The translations under genes and the position numbers were made by a program. DNA of 64,000 nucleotides from a virus. The stretch spans positions 94,518 through 158,517 of IMG/VR virus record IMGVR_UViG_3300025154_000049. One strand, 5' to 3'. The notes beneath the pieces are model-generated. The model saw only the letters and a program-made list of their open reading frames with translations, was not told the origin of the DNA and ran no database searches. Shown here piece after piece: positions 36,439 to 46,483 of the stretch (position 1 is its first letter; every line of letters starts with the position of its first letter).

Positions 36439-36689
36439 TTACTCTCCTTTGGTTCGTTATCAGTTATCTCGGTGAGTTCTCTCATCATAAGAGCTTTAGT
36501 CTCCCATTCTCTGAATTGCTCTTCGGTCATTATCTGATAGTCTTGGTGTTCTATATAAAATTCTAAGAAGTAAGATTCTGGATTACAACCCGCTAAATCA
36601 CTTCCAACATAAGTTTGTATTACATCCCCGTCTTCGTATCTTAATAGATAATGTCCACTATCAGGACTTGTTAAATATACTTTATTCAT
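36429..36689 (-). CDS. tag protein (extended)
   Basis: MMRELTE plus 12 aa. Confidence 0.7.
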   Translation of the reverse strand: MNKVYLTSPDSGHYLLRYEDGDVIQTYVGSDLAGCNPESYFLEFYIEHQDYQIMTEEQFREWETKALMMRELTEITDNEPKESKCK

Positions 36690-36991
36690 GTAGTTAATTC
36701 CCTCATCATGTTTAAGGTAATAAGTTCTTTGTAATCATCTATCTGATATATTCTCTCTTTACAGGGAGCAATTAGTTTACTTATATATTCTAATTTAGTT
36801 TCATAAGTATTAGCGTATACAGGAAGAATTTTATGTTTATCATCAGATAAGTCTATTAGTATTATATCAACTTTATAACCTTTTTGCAAGTCGTCAGTTA
36901 CCAAGCATATTCCATTACCTTCCCTGAAGTAAGCATACTCTTTAGAAGGGTCATAGTTCTGTAAGAACTGTTCAAAGGTATATTCTATCAT
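36686..36991 (-). CDS. tag protein
   Basis: ends MMRELTT. Confidence 0.75.
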   Translation of the reverse strand: MIEYTFEQFLQNYDPSKEYAYFREGNGICLVTDDLQKGYKVDIILIDLSDDKHKILPVYANTYETKLEYISKLIAPCKERIYQIDDYKELITLNMMRELTT

Positions 36992-37332
36992 TCCGTCAAC
37001 TCCCTCAACGTCTTTTTAATTTCCAGAAATTCCGTAGCTTTTTTCTGGGAATCAAATTCATATATCTCCCAGATATTCCTTAAGTCCCTATACTGCATTA
37101 AGGAACCTTCCATGTCATGTAGGGAGGAATGTGTTTCATATTGATTTTCTTTATCCAACCAGTAGGTAGAAGATATTTCATATTCTATCCAAGGATAATC
37201 TTCTTTATTCCATTTACTTCTATTGGGACAGTGCATATAGCCACAAATAAATTTTCCATCCTTCTCGTCGTATTCAAGAACGATATATACTTTCTTAGGA
37301 TTTATATTTGTTTTAATCTCAAACCTAGTCAA
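36988..37332 (-). CDS. tag protein
   Basis: ends TLRELTE. Confidence 0.75.
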   Translation of the reverse strand: MTRFEIKTNINPKKVYIVLEYDEKDGKFICGYMHCPNRSKWNKEDYPWIEYEISSTYWLDKENQYETHSSLHDMEGSLMQYRDLRNIWEIYEFDSQKKATEFLEIKKTLRELTE

Positions 37333-37556
37333 CTTACCAGCTCTCTTAGGTATCTTATTCTTTCTACTTCTTCTTTATTCTCTAACAGGGTTACACTATT
37401 TATATTAAAGAACTCATTACGATAATCAGAGTCGTAAAACTTATGAACTATTTTATAACCGCTTCTTATAAACTCTTGTCCTCTTCTGTTAGTATATAAG
37501 TATTTTGAATGACGACTCCTTTTCATAATCTGGTCGATACTTGTAATCTTAATCAT
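37329..37556 (-). CDS. tag protein
   Basis: ends YLRELVS. Confidence 0.75.
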   Translation of the reverse strand: MIKITSIDQIMKRSRHSKYLYTNRRGQEFIRSGYKIVHKFYDSDYRNEFFNINSVTLLENKEEVERIRYLRELVS

Positions 37557-37853
37557 CTAATCCACCAGTTCCATCATCATTAGCACTCTGGTCATTTCTT
37601 CTTTTTCTTCGGGAGAACATTCCCACACATTAGTTATGTATCTATTATTTATGTGCATCTTTAGATTTGCTTCATCCCTTCCTCCTCGACAAGAATGCTT
37701 AGAGGGATTCTTAGATACGTAAGTAAATCTCCAAATATCAAACATGGCTTTCTCGGCTCTTTCAAATGTATAATAGCCGATAATCCCATCATCTTCTTTA
37801 GAGAAATATAATTTATTATAATCAAATTTATTTATATAATCTATCTTTCTCAC
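37557..37853 (-). CDS. tag protein
   Basis: ends MMMELVD. Confidence 0.75.
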   Translation of the reverse strand: MRKIDYINKFDYNKLYFSKEDDGIIGYYTFERAEKAMFDIWRFTYVSKNPSKHSCRGGRDEANLKMHINNRYITNVWECSPEEKEEMTRVLMMMELVD

Positions 37854-38114
37854 TTAGCTTGCTAACTCCAGCATCATTAATCTTTTATTTATCTCATCTT
37901 GATTTATAGAATAGCTTATAGTATATAAGGAGGGTTTACATAACTGTTCATATACATCTCTTATACTATAAAAGAGGATAGCTATCTCAAGGAGTCCAGT
38001 GTTAGTAATGACATAATGCTTTACTCCACTACCTTCTTTGATATAGACATGTTCGCCACTACAGCTTCGGATATATATTTTAGTTATGTCATTCCAATTA
38101 TATAACTTAGCCAC
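37854..38114 (-). CDS. tag protein
   Basis: ends MMLELAS. Confidence 0.75.
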   Translation of the reverse strand: MAKLYNWNDITKIYIRSCSGEHVYIKEGSGVKHYVITNTGLLEIAILFYSIRDVYEQLCKPSLYTISYSINQDEINKRLMMLELAS

Positions 38115-38422
38115 TACTCTTCTATCCCTTGAAATAAATCCATTATTGATATCTTATACTCTCCCATAGCTTCTATGAGTTTTGGGTCTAAAGTATCAGG
38201 AGTGTTCTCATCTATAATAGCGTAAAGTTTTACCCAATCTACTTTAAGATTGGTCGAGATAGCAGTTTGTAAAAACACTATAGTAGCTTGAGAAGCTGCT
38301 CTGAGATAGTTGAATTCGGTTCCGTTTTCACACCCCATCATCATATCATAAGACAGAGCTTTGATTAAATCAATAACCCCTTCATATACTTCTCGTTTAT
38401 TTTGTTCCATGATTATCTCCAT
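38114..38422 (-). CDS. hypothetical protein
   Basis: ORF track; promoter at 38464-38491. Confidence 0.65.
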   Translation of the reverse strand: MEIIMEQNKREVYEGVIDLIKALSYDMMMGCENGTEFNYLRAASQATIVFLQTAISTNLKVDWVKLYAIIDENTPDTLDPKLIEAMGEYKISIMDLFQGIEE

Positions 38423-38539
38423 TCATTATCATATTTAAAAAATCATAAGGCTTATATAACTTCATTATATCAAATGTTCTATCTTTGTCAAGCCCTGTAT
38501 ATTTCTTTTCTTGTATTGGTCTGGGTGCTATTAATATTT

Positions 38540-38821
38540 TCATTCTACTAATTCCTCCATTAGCCACTGAGAGAGCATTCTCTCATCAGTTACTATTTCT
38601 AATTCATCACGAGAGTTCTCTGCTTTTTTAATTAGTCCTGCTTCGTCAGATACGAAAAAAGAACGTAACCAGTTACCGTCATGTTCACAATCTGGCTCTC
38701 TATAGAATTCTACGCAGTCATCATCTGTTATTCTGTAATAAAGAAAACTTCCATAGACTAAACTATTATACAAATCCTCATTACGGTTTATATTATGAAA
38801 AATGTATTTATAGTATTTCAT
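38540..38821 (-). CDS. tag protein
   Basis: ends LMEELVE. Confidence 0.75.
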   Translation of the reverse strand: MKYYKYIFHNINRNEDLYNSLVYGSFLYYRITDDDCVEFYREPDCEHDGNWLRSFFVSDEAGLIKKAENSRDELEIVTDERMLSQWLMEELVE

Positions 38822-39159
38822 CCTACTAACTCCGTGAGTACCATGTGTTTAACTAAGTGTTCTTTCAATTCTGACAGAGAATCAAATTCTATTATACCTG
38901 TTGCTTTCTCTACGTCTTCACTTGTCGGTTTACTATTTACCATATAACTTTCTATGTCGTAACACCAATCGGCTACATTACTTTTGAAGTTCTTTCTTTG
39001 TTTAATTCTAACACTCCCATCAGAAAAGTCAAGCTCGTAAAGTTTAAAATCATCTTTTCTTTTCATATATAATTTGAAATCGGGAAGCAATAGATAAACT
39101 TTAGATGGATTAGCATCCCAGATATTTTCTCCGTCTACATATCTGTAAGTCTTAATCAT
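38818..39159 (-). CDS. tag protein
   Basis: ends VLTELVG. Confidence 0.75.
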   Translation of the reverse strand: MIKTYRYVDGENIWDANPSKVYLLLPDFKLYMKRKDDFKLYELDFSDGSVRIKQRKNFKSNVADWCYDIESYMVNSKPTSEDVEKATGIIEFDSLSELKEHLVKHMVLTELVG

Positions 39160-39434
39160 GACGAAAGTTCCTCTATCATAAGATGCTTATTAATCTCGTC
39201 CATCATCTCTTCGTAAGAATTAAACTGCTTTAGTATTTTATATTTATATAGATTTTCTGAAATAAGATAACCGTCTCTTATTCTTTCCTCGCTGTAGGTT
39301 CTTTCTAACTCATTAGACTTCCCAAATCTAAAGGCATAAGATTTATATGTTTCTTTACAAGCAAAAGACCCTCCCAATGAAGATACAAAATCATCATTTA
39401 AATAAGGTTCTACTTGTACATAATATTTAGTCAT
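39156..39434 (-). CDS. tag protein
   Basis: ends MIEELSS. Confidence 0.75.
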   Translation of the reverse strand: MTKYYVQVEPYLNDDFVSSLGGSFACKETYKSYAFRFGKSNELERTYSEERIRDGYLISENLYKYKILKQFNSYEEMMDEINKHLMIEELSS

Positions 39435-39864
39435 TGATTAACTCTTCCATAACATACTTGGATAGAAATATATTTTCTCCTTTATCTAACATGGGTTTAA
39501 AACGCTCTTTGCAATCTTCAAAAGAATCAAATAATAATTTTATAACAGGTTTTGAATTTGTGTAAAGTCTTATTAAATCATAGAATAAATCTGACCTATT
39601 AGTATTTATACGCTCCCATCTTTGAGATTTCAAAGTATGAATGTATCTGGGATAAACTCCTATCATGCTAAAATCTTCTCTACAAGAATATCTTATAGGC
39701 ATTAATCCAGTAAACTTCTTATTAAACACTTCTACAAAATAACTCATGCTAGAATAAAAGATACTGTTATCCAAGCGTTCCTTTTCTATCATAGGTTTTA
39801 TAGTAAGTTCGTACCAAACATCTTGGAACTTTAACTTCTGTACAAGTAGCTCATGTCTATTCAT
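39427..39864 (-). CDS. tag protein
   Basis: ends VMEELIND. Confidence 0.75.
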   Translation of the reverse strand: MNRHELLVQKLKFQDVWYELTIKPMIEKERLDNSIFYSSMSYFVEVFNKKFTGLMPIRYSCREDFSMIGVYPRYIHTLKSQRWERINTNRSDLFYDLIRLYTNSKPVIKLLFDSFEDCKERFKPMLDKGENIFLSKYVMEELIND

Positions 39865-40058
39865 GATACAAGCTCCCTCATATATAGAAAGGATTCCACC
39901 TGTTCTTTACTATATTCTTTCATCTTATCTAACAGAACATTTTCGTTTTCCGTGAACCATTTCTTCTGATGAAAGGAATACCAAAGTACTCTATTATTAG
40001 AATTTATTTTATATATTAAAGGTTTATCTACATCTAGTCTTGTAGCAAAATATCTCAT
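39861..40058 (-). CDS. tag protein
   Basis: ends YMRELVS. Confidence 0.75.
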   Translation of the reverse strand: MRYFATRLDVDKPLIYKINSNNRVLWYSFHQKKWFTENENVLLDKMKEYSKEQVESFLYMRELVS

Positions 40059-40288
40059 CTTACCAACTCCTTAAGCATAAAAGGAGCCAAAGCTTTTCCT
40101 TCGGATATTTCTTTAACGATGTAATCCTGCTCTTCCCAATGTAACAAAACCTCTTCAGCAGGATACCAAGATTTCATCCATAAAGGATTATAGCAATTGT
40201 CATAAAAATGAATAGAGTTCTCTTCCGAGATACTGTAAACTTTTAAAAGCTCATTACCACTCTTACTAATTACTTCGTAATACTTCAT
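40055..40288 (-). CDS. tag protein
   Basis: ends MLKELVR. Confidence 0.75.
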   Translation of the reverse strand: MKYYEVISKSGNELLKVYSISEENSIHFYDNCYNPLWMKSWYPAEEVLLHWEEQDYIVKEISEGKALAPFMLKELVR

Positions 40289-40539
40289 GATACTAACTCC
40301 AGCATAGATAACTCAGCTTCTATTTCTGACTCGTGTAGTATCTTTATTTCGTAATCAGTACTTGCTTCAACTAACAAAGCTTTCTCTGTCGGTATAATAG
40401 ATTCAGTCCATTTACCTTCTCTGAAAGAATAGTAAGATACTCTGGTACCTCTGCCTCTTATCCTATAAACAGAACAAAGACTTGGTTGCCTTTCATTTCC
40501 AGTATATGTAAATTTATAATACTTATACTTACTAGCCAT
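40285..40539 (-). CDS. tag protein
   Basis: ends SMLELVS. Confidence 0.75.
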   Translation of the reverse strand: MASKYKYYKFTYTGNERQPSLCSVYRIRGRGTRVSYYSFREGKWTESIIPTEKALLVEASTDYEIKILHESEIEAELSMLELVS

Positions 40540-40738
40540 TGATAACCTCGTAGTTTCTTATTGATTGCATGTCCCTAGCTCTGAATAAAGCTTTATGTCC
40601 GTTCTTATACTCAATCAATTTGTATAACCCGCCTCTAGTACCTTCACAGTAGTAATAGAATTTAGATTCTCCTTGTTTGAAAACATTAGGATATTCTTGT
40701 TGAACATCTACTACATGTGTTACTTTTACTTTAAGCAT
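40532..40738 (-). CDS. hypothetical protein
   Basis: AAGGAG RBS; first gene after promoter. Confidence 0.65.
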   Translation of the reverse strand: MLKVKVTHVVDVQQEYPNVFKQGESKFYYYCEGTRGGLYKLIEYKNGHKALFRARDMQSIRNYEVING

Positions 40739-40766
40739 TAATATCTCCTTGATTAACTATATAGTT

Positions 40767-40818
40767 AGATTACCATAGCTAAGACAAGAAGTCAATGGTA
40801 TGTAAATATATTGTTACA
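40767..40818 (-). promoter_or_regulatory. sigma70 promoter plus operator
   Basis: TTGACT-17-TAATCT; TGTAAC-N6-TTTACA 5 bp upstream. Confidence 0.75.
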
Positions 40819-41199
40819 CTTTCTTAACTATTACCTGTAAGTTATCCCAAGCATCTCCCAGACTATGCACTCTATACATATCCTGACTATTTCCTATCAA
40901 AAATATTTGAACATCTCCATCATCATGAAGGTCTTTTAAATAATCTTTAAGTTCATAAACTTTCATTTAGGATACTCCTTTATATTGTTACACTTTATGT
41001 ACTTCTATTATAGTAGAGAATACTCCGTCATCTACAGAAACATTATCCCTAGAGGCTAATTCTTTTATAAGTGCTTCTTTAGAAAATAGTTTAAGTATTT
41101 CTATCTTATCTTCTTTAATCATTTCTTCCTTAATATTTTTTGACATAAGTTATGATTTATTAATAGTTTTCGACTTGGCTTAATCTTTTTCGACTTTAT

Positions 41200-41430
41200 C
41201 TATCTTATCAAGTAGCTATGTTTAAGAAGTCTTTTTAATTCCAAACAATGATACTTAAGATAATTAAGTTCCGATTCCCTATCAATATCTTTATAGGTTT
41301 TAATAAAGTAGCTTCTCATCTTTATAAATCCTAGTAGGTGTCCGACTTCTCCACAATGATTTTGTTTATTCTTACTTATCTCTCTGAGTTCTACACTGCT
41401 CCCAGACTTAGTTCCATTCTGAGTACTCAT
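41200..41430 (-). CDS. hypothetical protein
   Basis: ORF track. Confidence 0.5.
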   Translation of the reverse strand: MSTQNGTKSGSSVELREISKNKQNHCGEVGHLLGFIKMRSYFIKTYKDIDRESELNYLKYHCLELKRLLKHSYLIR

Positions 41431-41627
41431 CGTTTCTTCCCTTGTACTAAATTAAAACAATAGTCCAATATTCTTTCATTAGTGTCATTGACTCTATATC
41501 CCATCACAACACCGCTATCCCCTATAAAGAAATCAGTAGGATATTTTATCTCTTCATTTAAGAATATCTTTACTTCTTTTTTAACAACTATATTTCCGTG
41601 TCTAGGTTTAGCAACGTACTCAAACAT
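41427..41627 (-). CDS. hypothetical protein
   Basis: ORF track. Confidence 0.6.
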   Translation of the reverse strand: MFEYVAKPRHGNIVVKKEVKIFLNEEIKYPTDFFIGDSGVVMGYRVNDTNERILDYCFNLVQGKKR

Positions 41628-41814
41628 TTTTAGTTTCTTCCTTTTCTTTATTCTCGTGATGTTCTACGTAGAATCTATAAAACTCCTTTAAAAAATAGAA
41701 TCCACACATAAGACAAAGGATGCCCCAGAAATATTCACCTGATTTTAAATCGTTGAATCCAATATATAAATCCATGAAAGATAAAAATAAAAGAAAAACT
41801 TGTACTCCAGTCAT
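41620..41814 (-). CDS. small membrane protein
   Basis: Two TM segments. Confidence 0.6.
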   Translation of the reverse strand: MTGVQVFLLFLSFMDLYIGFNDLKSGEYFWGILCLMCGFYFLKEFYRFYVEHHENKEKEETKNV

Positions 41815-42042
41815 TTAATTATTCACATACCTTTCCCTATCAGATTGTATTTGTCTTCTTACAATCTTAAGGTCTTCTTCATCACCTGTTATTCTAATAC
41901 GATAATCTTCAAAGAATAAACCAGAGTCTTTCTCATATTCTACCCTTACATTATCATATTTAAAATCTAAAGCTCTTAAGTAACTTCCAAAGTTAGCAAG
42001 CTTAGTACATTCAACAGTAAATTTTAATACAGCCTCTGCCAT
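41815..42042 (-). CDS. hypothetical protein
   Basis: AAGGAG RBS. Confidence 0.65.
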   Translation of the reverse strand: MAEAVLKFTVECTKLANFGSYLRALDFKYDNVRVEYEKDSGLFFEDYRIRITGDEEDLKIVRRQIQSDRERYVNN

Positions 42043-42062
42043 TAATTTCTCCTTGTATATTC

Positions 42063-42114
42063 ATCATATACTATATTGAATTATACTACAAGTGTTTGTA
42101 ACTAAACTGTTACT
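42063..42114 (-). promoter_or_regulatory. sigma70 promoter plus operator
   Basis: TTGTAG-17-TATGAT; operator near-identical to 58427-58444. Confidence 0.65.
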
Positions 42115-42431
42115 AATTCTTTTCTTCTGAGTCGAGAAACAATTCCTAAAAGTCCTTGATGTAGTAAAACATGTTCGTCATGAGACATTATTTGTAAGTT
42201 AGAAATATGATTATTAGACTTATTTAAATCTCTATGATGTACCTCATATCCATCGGGAATTTCAATATCCATTGCTAAGAAGAGTAATCTGTGTTCTAGG
42301 ATTAAGAAACTTCCTTCGTCTCCTTTGTACCTAACTAACACATACCCGTTATGAGTAATTTTTCTTTCTCCTTCTCTAAATACTTTCTTAACTAGCTCTT
42401 TGTCTCTAGTAAGTCTTTTAATACTTGCCAT
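42102..42431 (-). CDS. HNH endonuclease
   Basis: LEHRL..VHHRDLNKSNNHISNL..H...H. Confidence 0.85.
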   Translation of the reverse strand: MASIKRLTRDKELVKKVFREGERKITHNGYVLVRYKGDEGSFLILEHRLLFLAMDIEIPDGYEVHHRDLNKSNNHISNLQIMSHDEHVLLHQGLLGIVSRLRRKELVTV

Positions 42432-42460
42432 TAAAATCTCCTTGTCTTAATCTTATATAT

Positions 42461-42714
42461 TTAGCATAACAAAAAGAAGACTATATTTCAAGTCTTCTGG
42501 AATGATATCTTTTCATTTCTTGAAGATACACATAGGCTAACTCTTCAGTAGGAACAGTATAATCTATTTGTTCTTCGGTTGCTTCTCCAGTACAACAGAT
42601 ATACCAATGATTAGGATTTCTGTCTCGTTGTCCTTGAAATGCTACGCAATACATTTTCTTCTCCTTATGTATATACTTAGCATAACAAAAAGAAGACTAT
42701 ATTTCAAGTCTTCT
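42461..42714 (-). repeat. 38-nt direct repeats (terminator-promoter) flanking a 57-aa ORF
   Basis: Identical 42461-42498 and 42677-42714; TTGAAA-17-TATGCT in hairpin. Confidence 0.85.
42481..42654 (-). CDS. 57-aa hypothetical protein
   Basis: Read manually: MYCVAFQGQRDRNPNHWYICC..., AGGAG RBS. Confidence 0.55.
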   Translation of the reverse strand: MYCVAFQGQRDRNPNHWYICCTGEATEEQIDYTVPTEELAYVYLQEMKRYHSRRLEI

Positions 42715-42743
42715 TCTATTACTTTGTTACAATTATTTACAGA

Positions 42744-44060
42744 CTATACTATGCTTGTAATTTGTCCGTCTACTACTGTTATTGTTTTGCCATCTACCGT
42801 TGTAAAGCTACCATTAATAGCATTCTTAGTTACGCAATTGTTAAGAGCATCTTTAACTGAAGTTCCAGAAACTGAAGAATCGTTTGCTAATGCTGAAGCA
42901 TGACTCATCAAGTCTACGTTACCAGAGTTAAGAACTATCACGTTAGCTGGATTTTCTGGGGCAGATACTACATCATAGTTAAGATAAGCTGTAGCTCCAT
43001 CAGAAGTTAAGCTTCCCCAAGTATGACAAGTATGTATTTCTAACCAACAATTATTTATAACTGAGACATTGTTTAAACCAGAGTTAGCAATGTTTCTTGT
43101 ACCAGAATCTCCATAAACTGGGTCAGGAACTTCTAAACCTACATCATCTATTACAACATTTCCGTATACCATAGAGTCTCTTACTATCATGTGGGAAGAA
43201 TGTTGTGTAAGATTTCCACTAATTAAACAATCATTGGTAATTTGAAGGTAGTCAACTGTTCCTCTAAAATTAGATACTATACTATCAGCCCACATATCTG
43301 CTAACCAAACTGAAACTCCATTTACTACTCCCGCAGGTTTATCAAAAGTAATTGTTCCTTTGATAGTGATATCCCTTATCTCTAATCTACCACCAGTACT
43401 GAATGTACAAAGATGAGTTCCTGTTACTTTAGTAGTTTCTTTTGATTCACCTTTTAAACATACATAAGGTTTGAATGCTAAGTTTTCTGTGTAAGCTCCT
43501 GCTTTTATTTCTAACATATATTTCTTGGAGTTGCTTGCATCAGAGATAGAATCAATAGCAGATTGAATTGTCTTAAATGGTTTCATTTGAGAACCATCTT
43601 CTGTGTAAGAATCGGTTCTTGTGTTGTCTACGAATTTAACTTCTGTAACGGGGATTACTATTAAAGCATCTAGTACAGCACGGTTAGTATGAGCTATAGC
43701 TGTATGGTCATACGTTGTTTCGTGTGTAGTCATGACCCCATTAACAAAAGTAGCATCTACGGAAGAACCTTGTAGACTTACTACTTCAGTTTGAATAGTT
43801 TGAACTGCTTCATTCATTTCTGATATAGTATCTTTAAAGGCTTGTGGAGTTAATTGTTCTGCATCACGAGGAACAGGTATAGATAAATCTACTGTAGCTC
43901 CTAATAATACCAAGGTATCAAAGGGGGCTATTGCTGATATTATCTGTACTTCTGTATAACCTATTGGAGCATTTACAGTAGTTAAAGGTGCTACTGTAAA
44001 GTTAGCAAGCTCGGATATAATAACTTGGGAGCTTCCCGTATTTTGAATTTGAAGTGCCAT
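42744..44060 (-). CDS. virion structural/fibre protein with pectin-lyase-like beta-helix
   Basis: DGSQMKPFKTIQSAID..IKAGAYTENL..V.LKGE; late motif upstream. Confidence 0.7.
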   Translation of the reverse strand: MALQIQNTGSSQVIISELANFTVAPLTTVNAPIGYTEVQIISAIAPFDTLVLLGATVDLSIPVPRDAEQLTPQAFKDTISEMNEAVQTIQTEVVSLQGSSVDATFVNGVMTTHETTYDHTAIAHTNRAVLDALIVIPVTEVKFVDNTRTDSYTEDGSQMKPFKTIQSAIDSISDASNSKKYMLEIKAGAYTENLAFKPYVCLKGESKETTKVTGTHLCTFSTGGRLEIRDITIKGTITFDKPAGVVNGVSVWLADMWADSIVSNFRGTVDYLQITNDCLISGNLTQHSSHMIVRDSMVYGNVVIDDVGLEVPDPVYGDSGTRNIANSGLNNVSVINNCWLEIHTCHTWGSLTSDGATAYLNYDVVSAPENPANVIVLNSGNVDLMSHASALANDSSVSGTSVKDALNNCVTKNAINGSFTTVDGKTITVVDGQITSIV

Positions 44061-44084
44061 TTTTTAATTCCTTATATTTTATTA

Positions 44085-44100
44085 CTCACTTAAAATATAA
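44085..44100 (-). promoter_or_regulatory. putative late promoter
   Basis: TTATATTTTAAGTGAG. Confidence 0.5.
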
Positions 44101-44150
44101 AATAATTGTATAGTAGACAATTTAATCCATTAATTCCTTCATAATTTATT

Positions 44151-44447
44151 TCATTTTGTCAACTCATCTATAAATTTATCTACCACATCTCTTTTTCTTT
44201 GTTTCCATACGGCTATCATATATCTATACATAAACCAAGGAAATATTACAAATACTATTAAAAGAATGTATCTTTCATTCTCATAAATATCAAAGACATC
44301 TCTAAATACTAGATAGTCCCAAAGCTCATTACAAAAAGAAGGAGGAGAGTATATTCTTATAAAAATTAAAAATGCTATGAAATTAAAAGTACAGTATAAT
44401 ACAAAGACAAGTAGCATTATAAGTAGTATAGCAAATACTTCTTTCAT
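44151..44447 (-). CDS. TM protein with tag
   Basis: ends FIDELTK. Confidence 0.7.
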   Translation of the reverse strand: MKEVFAILLIMLLVFVLYCTFNFIAFLIFIRIYSPPSFCNELWDYLVFRDVFDIYENERYILLIVFVIFPWFMYRYMIAVWKQRKRDVVDKFIDELTK

Positions 44448-44707
44448 TAGTCAGTAAGCTCTTTCATTAAATCAGCAGTTATAAACTTAATATTAAATTG
44501 TTCTAAATCTTTAGAACAAGTCATCTTCCCATCTATAATTGCTTTCTGTATCTTACGTGTATATATTTCAAGATGCACTGGACATAAATCTATGTGTTCC
44601 CAATCGGAAGTATATCTATCATAGTCCAAAGATTCTCCATGATAAAGTTGTATCTTTCTAACATATTCTATTTCATTACATTTATCACATCGTCTTATAC
44701 TAACCAT
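44447..44707 (-). CDS. Zn-ribbon tag protein
   Basis: CDKC..CPVH; ends LMKELTD. Confidence 0.75.
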   Translation of the reverse strand: MVSIRRCDKCNEIEYVRKIQLYHGESLDYDRYTSDWEHIDLCPVHLEIYTRKIQKAIIDGKMTCSKDLEQFNIKFITADLMKELTD

Positions 44708-44708
44708 A

Positions 44709-44987
44709 TCAATCTCCTGTTAATTCTTTAAACACATCTAATTCTTGTTTCTTAATACAATAATCTATCAGAACCATATAGTCGTCTATCTCTTCAATAA
44801 ACTTATAAGTAAAGACTATTAAACTTCCACAGTCGGAACAAGTATGAGTAGTACTTAATTTATCTAGGGTTCCTTTAACATAATAGGGTTGTCTACAAAT
44901 AGGACAGGTACTAATAAATCCATAAGACCTCATACTCAAAAAGAACTTTGTAATGATACCGATTATGTTCATGCTACTAATTCCCAC
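44709..44987 (-). CDS. Zn-ribbon tag protein
   Basis: CPIC..CSDC; ends VFKELTGD. Confidence 0.7.
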   Translation of the reverse strand: MGISSMNIIGIITKFFLSMRSYGFISTCPICRQPYYVKGTLDKLSTTHTCSDCGSLIVFTYKFIEEIDDYMVLIDYCIKKQELDVFKELTGD

Positions 44988-45301
44988 ATTGTTCTTACAG
45001 TATCTATATCTTCTGTTATCCTAGTTACTATAAGATGAGGATAAACTTTATTATCAAATATTGTAGGCTTATCTAATTCAAAATCATGAGAGACTCTTCC
45101 ATCTATCCACAATCCTTTTTCCATATCCCTAACTAAGACTTCGAGCACGTTAGGAACTCCTCTGCCTAGCATACCCTTTGTTTGTAGGTATCCAGAAGAA
45201 GTTTTAATTATGAAAAAGTAAACAGGGTCAGTCTCCGTGTAACTATCAAAAGCACAAGGGTTCTTCACCATCCATACATCTTCTATTTTAATTACTGTCA
45301 T
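44969..45301 (-). CDS. tag protein
   Basis: ends TMWELVA. Confidence 0.75.
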   Translation of the reverse strand: MTVIKIEDVWMVKNPCAFDSYTETDPVYFFIIKTSSGYLQTKGMLGRGVPNVLEVLVRDMEKGLWIDGRVSHDFELDKPTIFDNKVYPHLIVTRITEDIDTVRTMWELVA

Positions 45302-45558
45302 ACTACAAGTTCTCTCATTACTCTGTACGCTTCTATTTTCTCTATGTATTCTTGTACCTTGTCTTTATCTATTTCAAAGATACCTTGAGATATCATATAG
45401 TGAGTTTGAGCTTTGATACCTTCCATACTCATAGGTTGGAAACAATCCCATTTACCATGATAGTTTAGTTCATAGGTCTTATCATTATAAGACTTAAACA
45501 CTCTAACTTTTATTATAGAATCGGGGAAGCATAATTCATAGTATCTAATCTTTGTCAA
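45298..45558 (-). CDS. tag protein
   Basis: ends VMRELVV. Confidence 0.75.
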   Translation of the reverse strand: MTKIRYYELCFPDSIIKVRVFKSYNDKTYELNYHGKWDCFQPMSMEGIKAQTHYMISQGIFEIDKDKVQEYIEKIEAYRVMRELVV

Positions 45559-45965
45559 GTTACAAGCTCCCTCATATATTTAAAAGTCTTGAAGTCTTCT
45601 TGGTTTAAATCAGTAAAGGCATAAGTAACAGAACCACCGTTGTAATAATCTATACCGAATACATGTTTCACTGGTAAATCATCATCGTAGTATACAGTCT
45701 GCCAAATCTGGTCTCTATTATTTGTCTGACCATAGTTTAATCTTATAGCTTCTAAGTTTGGCTTGGGGTTAGTTATATGCACTATAACATCCCCTTGTAT
45801 ATAATTTACCATTCCGTATCCTAAAGCACCATTGACAGGAACCAACTGATTGAATCCGTCATCCATAAGATAATTTTTAGTCAGTACTCCTTCATGGCTG
45901 AAAATTACACTCAGGGTATTTTCTCTTATGTTTCCTAGGGTCTCTATGCAGAAATCACTTATCAT
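45555..45965 (-). CDS. tag protein
   Basis: ends YMRELVT. Confidence 0.75.
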   Translation of the reverse strand: MISDFCIETLGNIRENTLSVIFSHEGVLTKNYLMDDGFNQLVPVNGALGYGMVNYIQGDVIVHITNPKPNLEAIRLNYGQTNNRDQIWQTVYYDDDLPVKHVFGIDYYNGGSVTYAFTDLNQEDFKTFKYMRELVT

Positions 45966-46483
45966 GCTACTAACTCCTGCATCATTAGAAACTTATCAAC
46001 ATTGTCTACTATCTCAATTACTTTAAGTAAGTCTCTGGCTTTTATACAGGATTCGTCCCCTTCTACAGATAGTATCATCCTACCATTTTTCATAACCTTC
46101 TTAACTTCTAGTTCAGTTTTGTTATCGAAGTTACCGTCAGTGTATATACGCAAGGACACTATAAAGATATCTCCGTTCCAGATATTATCACACATCCAGA
46201 TACTGGGACGAAAGCTAGTGTTAGCCTCAATAAGATTCTCTATCTCGTGAATATGTTTATATCTCTTATTAGTATTTGCTTTCCCAAAATCTTTATAGGT
46301 ATCTAAAAGCTTACTGTGTAGTTGTCTTAACTTCTTGTCATACCAAGGATGTAAGTTTCCTTTCCTATCTGTTACGTAGGTAGGTAACTCTTCTTCTTTC
46401 TCTTCAGTTACACTTTCTCCTATAAATAGATTCTTAATATATTCTATTAAAGAAAAGTGTTCATTACAACAAGGACATTTCAA
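45962..46483 (-). CDS. tag protein
   Basis: ends MMQELVA. Confidence 0.75.
   Translation of the reverse strand: MKCPCCNEHFSLIEYIKNLFIGESVTEEKEEELPTYVTDRKGNLHPWYDKKLRQLHSKLLDTYKDFGKANTNKRYKHIHEIENLIEANTSFRPSIWMCDNIWNGDIFIVSLRIYTDGNFDNKTELEVKKVMKNGRMILSVEGDESCIKARDLLKVIEIVDNVDKFLMMQELVA

Noticed and set aside
42102-42431. HNH nuclease ending RRKELVTV as a tag protein
   Set aside because: It lacks the hydrophobic residue and acidic helix, and the end overlaps an operator.
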